Origin: an uncultured Gemmatimonadales bacterium | GTDB lineage: Bacteria > Gemmatimonadota > Gemmatimonadetes > Longimicrobiales > Longimicrobiaceae | Assembly: GCA_963716255.1 (NCBI GenBank) | Contig: OY970303.1 | Span: 3,520,001-3,584,000 of the forward strand | Length of the DNA stretch: 64,000 nt | Reading direction: 5' to 3' | Shown here: positions 21,280 through 30,538 of the stretch, piece by piece | Numbering within the stretch: the stretch's first letter is position 1 | How the letters are laid out: every line of letters begins with the position of its first letter | The notes under the pieces: generated by a model | The model's input: only the letters and a program-made list of their open reading frames with translations | Database searches by the model: none | What the model was told of the DNA's origin: nothing | Position numbers and translations under genes: made by a program

Positions 21280-21343
21280 CGCACGGTCCTCCCACCGGGG
21301 CAGCCGCCATGGCTGCCCCGTCCTTTTTCCCGTTTGTGAGCGC

Positions 21344-21853
21344 ATGGACGCGGCACGCCTGCTGGACGAGGCGCTGGCGGCGTGGGCCTACGCCCGCGCC
21401 GGCGTCGCCGACGAGGTGGAGAACCTGTCCGCGGACCGCTTCGGCTTCCGCCCCGCCCCGGAGTCGCGGAGCGTGGCGGAGCTGGTGCGGCACGTGGTGC
21501 AGTCGGGGATGATGATGACGGGGGAGCTGTCGCGCCCGGACGGCGACTTCGCGCGCCGCTCCTTCGAGGAGCACATCGCGGACTACGGCGCGGCGGCGGA
21601 GGGCGCAGAGACGCGGGACGCGCTGCTGCGGCTGCTGCGCGACACGCACGCGGACGGCGAGCGGCGGATCCGCGCCGCCGGGGCGGAGCACATGCTGGGC
21701 CCCATCCGCCAGTTCGACGGCACCCTCGCGTTGCGCCTCACCTGGATGCACCACGGCATCGGCCACGAGGAGTACCACCGCGGCCAGCTCGCCCTGTACG
21801 CGCGACTCCAGGGCGTGGTCCCGGCGCTGACGCGGCGCATCCGCGGCGGGTGA
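21344..21853 (+). CDS. DinB family protein
   Basis: FRPAPESRSVAELVRHV..HEEYHRGQL. Confidence 0.88.
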   Translation: MDAARLLDEALAAWAYARAGVADEVENLSADRFGFRPAPESRSVAELVRHVVQSGMMMTGELSRPDGDFARRSFEEHIADYGAAAEGAETRDALLRLLRDTHADGERRIRAAGAEHMLGPIRQFDGTLALRLTWMHHGIGHEEYHRGQLALYARLQGVVPALTRRIRGG

Positions 21854-22224
21854 GGGCGTCCCGCGCGGCGCTCGCCCTGCTCTTCGCCGCCGCCGGGGTC
21901 CTGCACTTCGTCCACCCGGACGCCTACGTCCGCATCGTCCCCCCGTTCCTTCCCGGGCCGCGCCTGCTGGTGCTGCTGAGCGGCGCCTGCGAGGTCGCGG
22001 GCGGGCTGGGGCTGCTGGTGCCCCGGGTTCGCCGCGCCGCGGGGGTGGGGCTGGTGCTCCTGCTGGCCGCCGTCTTCCCCGCGAACGTGTACATGGCACT
22101 GGACGCGGAGGGTGCCGGCCGCGGGATCGCGCCCGTGCTGCTCTGGCTGCGCCTGCCGCTCCAGCCGCTGCTGGCCTGGTGGGTGTGGCGTGCGTCGCGA
22201 GTGGTTGAACGGATGGACGGCTGA
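21850..22224 (+). CDS. DoxX-like membrane protein
   Basis: AGVLHF..SGACEVAGG..AVFPANVYMA..RLPLQP; GTGA overlap. Confidence 0.82.
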   Translation: MRASRAALALLFAAAGVLHFVHPDAYVRIVPPFLPGPRLLVLLSGACEVAGGLGLLVPRVRRAAGVGLVLLLAAVFPANVYMALDAEGAGRGIAPVLLWLRLPLQPLLAWWVWRASRVVERMDG

Positions 22225-22235
22225 ACTGCCTGGTC

Positions 22236-22368
22236 GGGCGTGCCCCCGGCTGTCGCCGGGGTCGGGCTTCGGCTCCGTAGCAGACGAAACGACCGTCTGC
22301 GACGGAGTCGAGCCCCGGCGGAAACAGCCCCGCCGGGTCTCGCCCCTTCGGGCCGAAATCCCTCACGC
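22236..22368 (+). repeat. Family A repeat, copy 5
   Basis: Full consensus, 11 nt after the DoxX stop; followed by a family C cluster to ~22522. Confidence 0.92.
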
Positions 22369-22536
22369 GGGTCTCGCGCTGGCGTCCGCGGGAGGCCCCC
22401 ATCCGGCTCGCTTAGGCTCGCACGGCTTTCCCCCTATGTCCCCCAATTCTGGGGGAGGGCTTCCCGCACCTCTGCTCTGTCGTGCTCCCCTCCCCCTTGC
22501 GGGGAGGGGCCGGGGGAGGGGGTCGCCGTTGCCGTT

Positions 22537-23736
22537 CTACCTGCGCGCTTCCGTGCCTATCCGCTCCGCGGCCTCCAGCACCGGCCCCACCCGCGGCTTG
22601 TTCGTGAACCACACCACCGGCGCGCCGGCGCGCTCCCAGTCCGCGCCCGCGGCCAGGCCGCGGTACACCACCAGCACCAGGTTGCGCAGGCCGGCGGCCT
22701 CCACCTTCCGCAGCTTGTCCTCCAGGTACTCGGGCGTCCAGAAGCCCACCACCTCCACCAGCGCCTCGCGGCCGTCGGCGTGGCGCAGGGTGAAGTCGGG
22801 GAGGAACACCTCCTCGCCCACCTGCACCGGCGTGGCCTCGCGAAGCAGCGTCCAGCCGCGGCGCTCCTCCTCGCCCATGCGGTCCGCGAACTCCTCGGCG
22901 AGGGCGCGCTCCCAGGCGGAGTCGTAGGCCTCGGGGGCGGCGTCCCCGGCGAAGGGGGCCGTCGCCGCGTCCAGGCGGAAGGCGAGCGCGCGGCCGCCGC
23001 GGACCACCTCGGCCTCCAGGCGCCACCCGGGGGCGCGGGCGAGGGCGGGGACCACGCGGGCCAGGCGGGCGCCGTAGCGCGCGGGGCGCACCACGTAGGC
23101 GGCGGCGGGGCCGGTGAGCTCCACCGCGTAGCCCCCCGGCACGGCGGAGACCACGTACATCAGGCGGGCCAGCTTCACGGCGCGGAACAGGTCGCGCCAC
23201 CCGCCCGCCGCGGTGACCCGCACGCGCACGGCGTCCAGCAGGACCGCGCGGGCCAGCTCCAGGTTGTAGCGGCGCAGGAGCCCCGCGCCGTCCAGGCGTG
23301 GCGCGCGGGCCAGCAGGTGGGCGCCGGGGGCGTCGGCGTAGAGCAGGCGCTCCACCTCGGCGGGGGTGGTGCCCAGCTCCGCGGCGGCGTCCTGGTAGGG
23401 GCGGTCGCGGTCGCCGGGAAGGGGCGGCCAGCGCCGGCCGCGCGCGCGGAACAGGGCGGCGCGGACCTCGGGGGCGCGCTCCGAACCGGGGGGCGGGCGA
23501 AAGTCGGCGGCGTCCAGCAGCGCCTTGACGATCCCCGCCAGCCGCCGCGCGTCCTGCGCCCGCTCGTCGCGCAGCGCCTCCACCACCTCGCGCCGCGTGC
23601 GCCCCTCCAGGGCGCGCACGCTCCCGCACAGCTCGTCCAGCCGCCTCACCACCGCGGCGCCCCCGGGCAGGTACTCCACCATCACCTCGCCGCCGCGCTC
23701 GCGCGTGAACGGCGCCGCGTGGGTGCGCCGCAGCAT
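22537..23736 (-). CDS. DUF790 family (Bax1-like) nuclease
   Basis: RYNLELARAVL, YDSAWE, FLPDF, EVVGFWTPEYLEDKL; ATG overlaps the helicase stop. Confidence 0.88.
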   Translation of the reverse strand: MLRRTHAAPFTRERGGEVMVEYLPGGAAVVRRLDELCGSVRALEGRTRREVVEALRDERAQDARRLAGIVKALLDAADFRPPPGSERAPEVRAALFRARGRRWPPLPGDRDRPYQDAAAELGTTPAEVERLLYADAPGAHLLARAPRLDGAGLLRRYNLELARAVLLDAVRVRVTAAGGWRDLFRAVKLARLMYVVSAVPGGYAVELTGPAAAYVVRPARYGARLARVVPALARAPGWRLEAEVVRGGRALAFRLDAATAPFAGDAAPEAYDSAWERALAEEFADRMGEEERRGWTLLREATPVQVGEEVFLPDFTLRHADGREALVEVVGFWTPEYLEDKLRKVEAAGLRNLVLVVYRGLAAGADWERAGAPVVWFTNKPRVGPVLEAAERIGTEARR

Positions 23737-25172
23737 CAGAAGCCCAGCCCCAGCTGCCCGTCCGGCGGCCCGGTGAGCCCCCGGCGGCGGCGCTGCGAGG
23801 TGAAGAACTCGTGCGTCCCCGCGGCCACGATCTCGAACATGGAGGCCACCGAGTCGCCCTGGCGGCGCAGCAGCCGCCCCAGCCGCTGCGAGAACTGCCG
23901 GGGGCTGCCGCGGGTGCTGTCGCCCAGCACGATGCCCAGCTTCGCCGCGGGGATGTCCCACCCCTCGTCCAGCACCCGCACGCTCGCCACCGCCCGCATC
24001 TCCCCCGCGGCGATGGCGTCCAGCACCGCCTTGCGCTCCGAGGCCGGGGTGTCGGCCGTGATGATGGGGATGGCCAGCCGGCGCGACACGGCCTCCGCCG
24101 CGTCCGCGCTGCCGCAGAAGAGCACCGCCGTTTCCGCGGGGAACAGGCGCAGGATGCGCTCCGCCTCGCGCAGCTTCGCCGCGGAGGTGGCGACGATGCG
24201 CTCGCGCTCCAGCCACGCCCGGAAGGCGTGCCGGGCCGCCGGCGACAGCCGCGTTTCCGTCATGAACAGCGGCCACGCCTCGCCGGAGGGGAGCTCCGCC
24301 CAGGGCCGCGTGGCGACGTAGGCGTCGTACTCCTCCGTGCGCCGGCGGTACGCCTCCATCTCCTCCGCCTCCAGCGCCACGGGGACGCGCGCCAGGGCGA
24401 AACGGGCGAGCTGCGCGTCGGTCATCTCGCCCACGCTGCGCCGGTAGACGACCGGCCCCACCAGCCGCCGCAGCTCCGCGTCGCGCCCGTCCGGGTAGGT
24501 GGCGGTGAGCCCCAGCCGCCGCGGCGCCGGGGCGATGCGCAGCGCGTCGTGCCACGCCTTGGCCTCGCCCGCGGCGGTGTCGGCGAGGTGGTGCGCCTCG
24601 TCCAGCACCAGCAGGTCGAAGCGTTCGCCCCACCGCTCCAGCAGCGCGAACGCCGAGTGGTAGGTGGTGACGGTGATGGGCCTCACCTCCTTTTCCGCCG
24701 CGTAGAAGGCCCCCACCCGCTCCGCCCCGAAGGCGTCCGCCAGCTGCGAGAACCACTGCCCCACCAGCGCCTGGGTGGGCGCCACCACGCAGGCGCCCCG
24801 CCCGCCGCCGTGCACCGCCAGGAGCGCCACCAGCGTTTTTCCCGCGCCGGTGGGGAGCACCACCGTTCCCCGGTGCCCCTCCGCCTCCCAGCGGCGCAGC
24901 GCCTCGCGCTGGTAGTCGCGCGGCTCGCGCGGGTCCAGCAGAGGCGCGTCCAGCGCCTCCGCGCCGGGCCCGCCCTCGCTCACCCCGTGCTCGGCCGCCC
25001 AGGCGCGCACCTCCGGGAGCCGGCTCCCGGGCGCCACGTACGCGTCCGCGCGCGGGTCGTACTCCATCCACGGCGGCGGCCGCTCCCGCACGCGCCGCAG
25101 CATCACCAGGCCGCTGCGGTAGCGGAACTCCGGGGGCGCGGCGGGGCCGGTCTCGTCCTCGGGCCGCGTCAT
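23736..25172 (-). CDS. XPB/Rad25-like SF2 helicase
   Basis: RDYQ, VLPTGAGKT, DEAHH, GLTAT, VLDEGWDIP, QRLGRLLR. Confidence 0.9.
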   Translation of the reverse strand: MTRPEDETGPAAPPEFRYRSGLVMLRRVRERPPPWMEYDPRADAYVAPGSRLPEVRAWAAEHGVSEGGPGAEALDAPLLDPREPRDYQREALRRWEAEGHRGTVVLPTGAGKTLVALLAVHGGGRGACVVAPTQALVGQWFSQLADAFGAERVGAFYAAEKEVRPITVTTYHSAFALLERWGERFDLLVLDEAHHLADTAAGEAKAWHDALRIAPAPRRLGLTATYPDGRDAELRRLVGPVVYRRSVGEMTDAQLARFALARVPVALEAEEMEAYRRRTEEYDAYVATRPWAELPSGEAWPLFMTETRLSPAARHAFRAWLERERIVATSAAKLREAERILRLFPAETAVLFCGSADAAEAVSRRLAIPIITADTPASERKAVLDAIAAGEMRAVASVRVLDEGWDIPAAKLGIVLGDSTRGSPRQFSQRLGRLLRRQGDSVASMFEIVAAGTHEFFTSQRRRRGLTGPPDGQLGLGF

Positions 25173-26521
25173 CTCACCAGGTGGAAGCGCTCCTGCCGGG
25201 CCAGCACCCAGCTGCGCGCGCCGGCCGGGTCCAGGCGGGCGTCCTCCTCCTGCGCCATACGGACGCGCTGGCCGCCCCACTCGGGGACGGAGGAGGTGGC
25301 CTGGAGCTCGATGGAGTACCAGGTGTCCGGGCGCAGCGGCACGTCGCCCGCGCCGGGGACGCCCTCCTGGCGGTCCCACAGGCCGATGGTGGCTCCGGCG
25401 CCGTGGCCGTGGTCGCCGATGGGGTGGGTGTAGACGCTGCCGTCGATCCCCTCGGCACGCATGCGGGCCAGGGTGCGGCGCAGCACGTCGTTGCCGGTGC
25501 GGCCGGGGACCATCTCCTCCAGCAGCAGGTCCTGGAGGCGGTTGGAGCGGCCGAGCGCGGCGCGCAGGCCGGCCGGGGCGTCCGTCTCGCCGGGGCGCAG
25601 CACGTAGCCCATGTGCTGGGTGTCGGTGTGCAGCCCCAGCGCCACGATGCCGAAGTCGGTGTGCAGCACGTCGCCGCGCTGGATGACCGGGTCGGCGGAG
25701 TCGCCCATCTCCACGCCACGCCGCTGCACGCTCACCGAGGGCTGGAACCAGCTCCCCAGCCCCAGGTCGTTGACCCGCTGGCGCATCCACCACACCACGT
25801 CGCTCGCGCGGGTGGCGCCGGGGGTGACCACGCGCTCCGAGAACGCCTCGGCGATGACGGCGTGCGTGGTCTTCTGCATCTGCACGTACGTGGGGAGCAT
25901 CTCGGGGATGCGCTCGGCCAGGTAGTCCAGCGCCAGCCGCTCGCGCCGCACCACGCGCTCCCGGTACTCCGCCGGGAGTACGGCCCTCAGCTGCTCCCAC
26001 TCGCCGGCGGTGAGGCCGTCCGAAAAGGCGTGGGTGTGGGACACGTTCACGGCGATGGTGCGCGGGGCGCACGCCTCCACCAGCGGAGGCAGCAGCTTCC
26101 ACTGCTCGGGGCCCCACGGCTCCGCGGGGCGCCGCTGCACCCCGGCGGAGGCCACCGGCGCGCCGGCGTCGCGAACCACGCGGTACAGCCCGCCCTGCGA
26201 CGTTCCCCCGATGGCCACGCGCTCCACGCCCTCCCTGGCGCCGCGGTCGCAGAACACGTAGATGGTGCGGCGGCGCGCGGCCAGGGTGGTGGGCGACACC
26301 AGCGCGCGGAACACCGGGTCCTCGGCATACTCGCGCATGGGGACGATCCACATCCTCGCGCCGTGCTCGCGCATCAGCCGCGGGAGCACGCGCTCCAGGC
26401 GGATGCGCAGCCACTCCTGGCGCGTGTCCGCCTGCTCGCGCAGCGTGCCGAAGGGGCGCTCCTGCGCGGCGGCGGGGGCGGCGAGCGCGGCCAGGAGGAG
26501 CAGGGCGGCGGCGGGCTTCAT
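25169..26521 (-). CDS. M24 family (Xaa-Pro) peptidase, secreted
   Basis: Signal peptide; HTDFGI..TDTQH..THPIGDHGHGAG..SIE..EED metal ligands. Confidence 0.82.
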   Translation of the reverse strand: MKPAAALLLLAALAAPAAAQERPFGTLREQADTRQEWLRIRLERVLPRLMREHGARMWIVPMREYAEDPVFRALVSPTTLAARRRTIYVFCDRGAREGVERVAIGGTSQGGLYRVVRDAGAPVASAGVQRRPAEPWGPEQWKLLPPLVEACAPRTIAVNVSHTHAFSDGLTAGEWEQLRAVLPAEYRERVVRRERLALDYLAERIPEMLPTYVQMQKTTHAVIAEAFSERVVTPGATRASDVVWWMRQRVNDLGLGSWFQPSVSVQRRGVEMGDSADPVIQRGDVLHTDFGIVALGLHTDTQHMGYVLRPGETDAPAGLRAALGRSNRLQDLLLEEMVPGRTGNDVLRRTLARMRAEGIDGSVYTHPIGDHGHGAGATIGLWDRQEGVPGAGDVPLRPDTWYSIELQATSSVPEWGGQRVRMAQEEDARLDPAGARSWVLARQERFHLVR

Positions 26522-26605
26522 GGCTCGGGCGTTGGGGTGGGGCGGGACCGGGCTGCCGCGCAGTCTACGCCCGCGCGGGCGCCGCGGGCAAGCGCTCCGC
26601 CCGCC

Positions 26606-27118
26606 TCAGCAGCCCACCAGGTCGCAGACGAAGGACACGGCCACGTCCGCGGTGAGCGCGGCGCGCGGGCCGCCGCCTCCCTCGAACCAGAGGACGCCGG
26701 CCTGCACCCCCAGTGCGCGGAAGCTGGTCTCCAGCCGCACCGCGGGGCCCAGCGCGTCCGGCCCCAGGGAGCCCACGGCCACCAGCCCGGCCCCGGCGAT
26801 GGGCCCGGCGCCGATGGGGCGCAGCACCCCGGCGGAGCCCACCGCGGTGAAGCCCACCGGGTCGCCCTCGGCGAAGGTGACGCCGGCGGTGGCGAGCGCC
26901 TGCGCGTACCACTTCACCACCACCGGCCGGAACATCCCGTTCTCGTCGCGCACGGGCCGTGGGGTGGGGGTGTAGGTCCAGCGGACGCCGCCGGTGAGCG
27001 CCGGGGCCCAGTCGCCCACGAAGCCCAGCTGCGCCACCGGGACCAGCGGGTGCCTCTGCGCGGCCGCGGGCGTGCCGGCGCAGGCGAGGAGCAGGGCGAG
27101 GATGCATGCGGTGCGCAT
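26606..27118 (-). CDS. Hypothetical secreted/outer-membrane protein
   Basis: Signal peptide; beta-strand-like pattern. Confidence 0.55.
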   Translation of the reverse strand: MRTACILALLLACAGTPAAAQRHPLVPVAQLGFVGDWAPALTGGVRWTYTPTPRPVRDENGMFRPVVVKWYAQALATAGVTFAEGDPVGFTAVGSAGVLRPIGAGPIAGAGLVAVGSLGPDALGPAVRLETSFRALGVQAGVLWFEGGGGPRAALTADVAVSFVCDLVGC

Positions 27119-27131
27119 GGCGGCTCCGGGC

Positions 27132-28184
27132 TCAGTTGGGGGGCGGGGGCGCCGGGGCTTCGATCCGGCTGACGATGAAGGGCGCGATTCCCACGTCGCA
27201 GCAGAGCTCCGCGTGGGGGCGGGTCTGCCCGGCGAAGGGGACCACGGTGAAGTGGAAGGAGTTGCCGCCCCAGTCCAGCGTCCGCTGGAAGGGGACCAGC
27301 GTGTCGCCCGAGCTCTTCTGCGTCACCAGCCTCACGAACGCGTCTCCGGTGCGCACCAGCGTCTGCCCGGTCGCCTGGTTCGCCCCCAGGATGGTGGTCA
27401 CCGCGATCCCCGGCCCGAAGCCCCGGAACGGGTCCACCAGCATCTGCTGCACGGCGGCGGCCCGGTCCAGCATGTCCTGCGGGACGGGCGGTCCGGCGTC
27501 GGCGGGCCAGCCGCCGGGGCGCAGGAGCTGCTGCGCGGCGGGAAGGGGGTTCCCCCCCGCGTCGGTGACGCACGCCCAGGAGGGGAGCATCTGGTAGATG
27601 GCCGGCCAGGTGCGCGCCATCTGCAGCGCGAGCAGGCGGTCCTTCTGACCCAGGCTGTCGCTGCCGAAGACCAGCGCCGCCGCGGCGGTGGTGGTGCCGG
27701 CGAGCGGCGCGCCCACCAGCACCACGCGCGACACCAGCCGGGCGAATTCGCCGGGGGCGGCCAGCTTGCCGGCGAGCACGGCGAGGAGCGCCCCCTGCGA
27801 GTGCCCGATGAGGCTGGCGCGCGGGCTCCCGCCCCGGCGGCGGGCGCGCAGCTCGTCCAGCAGCCGGCCGGCGTTCCAGCGCAGGTCGGCCCGCCAGTCG
27901 TACGGCCACTCCTCGTAGAACTTGGGGAACAGGTTGTAAGGGCTCTGCACCACGACGCCCGGGGCCAGGCGGGTGCCCGGCAGCAGCGAGGTCGCCGCGG
28001 GGGCGAGCTGGCCGGGCGTGGACCGCATGCTCACCAGCGGCACCCACTGGCTCCTGGGGCGTCCGCCCAGGCTCTTGGGAATCAGGGGGACGCTCACGGC
28101 GACGGCGTTGTAGACGGTGGTGCCGTCCTGGTCGCGGAGGGTGGTGGCCTGCGTTCCGGGGATGATGAGGACCGGGTCGGGCAT
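27132..28184 (-). CDS. Alpha/beta hydrolase (LCAT/lipase-like)
   Basis: IIPGTQAT, YDWR, GHSQG nucleophile elbow, GDTLVP, late His. Confidence 0.8.
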   Translation of the reverse strand: MPDPVLIIPGTQATTLRDQDGTTVYNAVAVSVPLIPKSLGGRPRSQWVPLVSMRSTPGQLAPAATSLLPGTRLAPGVVVQSPYNLFPKFYEEWPYDWRADLRWNAGRLLDELRARRRGGSPRASLIGHSQGALLAVLAGKLAAPGEFARLVSRVVLVGAPLAGTTTAAAALVFGSDSLGQKDRLLALQMARTWPAIYQMLPSWACVTDAGGNPLPAAQQLLRPGGWPADAGPPVPQDMLDRAAAVQQMLVDPFRGFGPGIAVTTILGANQATGQTLVRTGDAFVRLVTQKSSGDTLVPFQRTLDWGGNSFHFTVVPFAGQTRPHAELCCDVGIAPFIVSRIEAPAPPPPN

Positions 28185-28413
28185 GTCGCCTCCTGGGCCT
28201 GGGTGGAGGGGATCCCGCGTGCAGATGGAGGGCCGGGTGGGAGGCCGGATTCGTCCCCGAAGTATGCGCGGGGCGGGGCCGTCCCGGAAGGATGTCGGCG
28301 GCGGGCGCGGGGCGGGGGTGCTCGCGGCGGGAGCGCGGGTCCCGGACGCGCGAGGGGGCGCGCACCCCCCGTGGTGCGCGCCCCCCGGCTTCAACCGGTC
28401 CCGGTGTGCCTCG

Positions 28414-29157
28414 CTAGTTGCCCGGGTGCTTCGAGAGCCCGTTGCCGCGGTACGCGGTGGACCCGGTGCCCAGCACCTTGCGCGAGTACCCGTTCTCCGG
28501 GTCGCGTCCGCGGCGCAGGGAGCGGTCCACCGCGTTCTCGCCGCGGTTGTAGGCGAGCAGCGCCAGGCGCACGTTGCCGTCGTAGTAGTCGATCAGGCGC
28601 CGCAGGTAGCGGAAGCCGGTGCGCAGGTTGGCGCGGGGCTCCAGGATGGCCTCGGCGGTGCGCATGCGGCGGTCCAGCGAGCGGGCGGTGCCCGGCATGA
28701 GCTGGGTGAGCCCCAGGGCGCCGGCGTGGCTGCGCGCCCGGGCGTGGAAGCGGCTTTCCACGCGCACCAGGCGGAAGGCGAGGTCGGGGTCGATCCCCTG
28801 TGCGCGGGCCTCCTCGTGGATCATCTCCGCCAGCTCGGGGGAGATGGCATACTGGCGCGAATACACGAAGGACCCGATCTCCAGCTCGCGGAAGCGGCGG
28901 GCTTCCTCGCGGAGTCGGGTCCAGAACTCGCGCCCGAAGGACGCGTGGTCGGCGATGCGCGGCGACGCCGTGGCGGGGGAGGCGGCGCTGTCCGCCTGCT
29001 GCTGCCCCGATGCGGGCGACACCCAGGCGCACAGGGCGAAGACCGCCCATAGTGCGCGGCGCCGTAAGGTGCCGGTGGGTGTCGTGCTGCCGATCTGAAG
29101 AGCTGCTGTGCTCAACGGTTTCCTCCGTTTTATGGTCCGGGGGACCGGTTGAAGCAT
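28414..29157 (-). CDS. Lytic transglycosylase (SLT domain); start uncertain
   Basis: VRVESRF, GALGLTQLMP, ALLAYNRG. Confidence 0.88.
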   Translation of the reverse strand: MLQPVPRTIKRRKPLSTAALQIGSTTPTGTLRRRALWAVFALCAWVSPASGQQQADSAASPATASPRIADHASFGREFWTRLREEARRFRELEIGSFVYSRQYAISPELAEMIHEEARAQGIDPDLAFRLVRVESRFHARARSHAGALGLTQLMPGTARSLDRRMRTAEAILEPRANLRTGFRYLRRLIDYYDGNVRLALLAYNRGENAVDRSLRRGRDPENGYSRKVLGTGSTAYRGNGLSKHPGN

Positions 29158-29401
29158 CGCAGTTTAGGCCGTTTGCAGATGGAGAGCAAGTCCTAACTTA
29201 CGAATTCCTGCCGGGAGGCGGCGGGAAAGATCCGCTATCTCTTTGCGAGGAAAGTGGATTGCTGTCCATGCGTGCGGCCCGACGTGAGGGGCCGCTCCTG
29301 CTATCAACGAACCTGATGCGGCTGCGTCCCAGCCGCCATCCTTCCCGTAAGTGGATTGCGATTGTGCCCCTGCGGGTGGGGTGGCCTGGTTAGAAGATGA
29401 T

Positions 29402-30538
29402 TCAGCCAGCGTTGCGTGTTCGTCGTAAGACCAAGATGCGGTCTGCGGGAGTTGCGCGACCCTTGCGCTCCTCTCCCCAAATGCGAGTCGTCTTGTCATT
29501 CACATTAAAGCGGTCTTCCTCAATACACTCCAGAGTAAATGGTACCACCCCCTCTAGTTCCTCCCATACCCGGCATGCCAACTCTAAGTGTTGCCCGTTT
29601 TCAACAACATCTCCGATGACGAGAGCAACTGGGGTACCGGCGCATAACACCTGCCCAGCTGACAAAAGGAAGCTTGCTAAGAACGACAAGTATTTATCCA
29701 ATGAATCCGTTGTGTCTAATTGAGTGTCCACACTGAGAGGATCAGCGCCTAAGAACCAGAGGCGAATCCAATTAAATACACCATACCTGAGAACACCAAG
29801 GTATGGGGGGGACGTGACAAGTCCGGCAATGGACGGCAATCCGAGATCTCGAACGAGATGTTCCATCTGCGTTGCGTCACCTTGGACCACCACTGATTGC
29901 GGAGATGCAGGCGCGGTACCTGCACGCAAAAGCCATCGTGACCTTTCTCGTAGCTTAGAAAATACGTCAACTGGACGATAAACAAGACCGTTTTTCGCAA
30001 TAAACTTGCGCACATATTCAGGAGACATGCTGAAAGTGTTAGGCATATCGATGGATAAGTACGCGCTGCTGCCATCTCGGCGCACCTTGCCATGCATAAT
30101 ACCTAATGTAGATCCTCGCAGAAAAACGTCCTCGGGGGAATTGCCAAGTGAATCGCGCAAATGACAAAGCTGTTGCAAGGTTCTTTCGTGGAAAATAAGA
30201 CGCACCTGTTCCGGGATGCGGAACAGATCATACGTAGGTTCAAACTCTCTCGCTATTTCGGTGAGTCGGTACAAAATTTCATCTAGTGTAATCGTTTGCA
30301 CCTTGGCTGAGCTAATGGAGACTGCTAGCGGATTGAGATCAATTCCAAGACTCTTCCTCCCACCAAGTGCAGCTTCAAGTAGTGTAGTTCCAGCCCCGCA
30401 GAACGGATCTACAACGAGTCCATTCCCAGGTATCCATTTCGCAAGAATATCCCGCGGCACATGTGGGGGATAAGAGCCCAAATAGCTACACATACTGTGC
30501 AAGGGATGATTAGCCCTTCTCTTAGCGGTTTGCATCAT
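29402..30538 (-). CDS. DNA methyltransferase, probably N4-cytosine
   Basis: Motif I DPFCGAGTT followed by motif IV TSPPY; low GC. Confidence 0.85.
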   Translation of the reverse strand: MMQTAKRRANHPLHSMCSYLGSYPPHVPRDILAKWIPGNGLVVDPFCGAGTTLLEAALGGRKSLGIDLNPLAVSISSAKVQTITLDEILYRLTEIAREFEPTYDLFRIPEQVRLIFHERTLQQLCHLRDSLGNSPEDVFLRGSTLGIMHGKVRRDGSSAYLSIDMPNTFSMSPEYVRKFIAKNGLVYRPVDVFSKLRERSRWLLRAGTAPASPQSVVVQGDATQMEHLVRDLGLPSIAGLVTSPPYLGVLRYGVFNWIRLWFLGADPLSVDTQLDTTDSLDKYLSFLASFLLSAGQVLCAGTPVALVIGDVVENGQHLELACRVWEELEGVVPFTLECIEEDRFNVNDKTTRIWGEERKGRATPADRILVLRRTRNAG

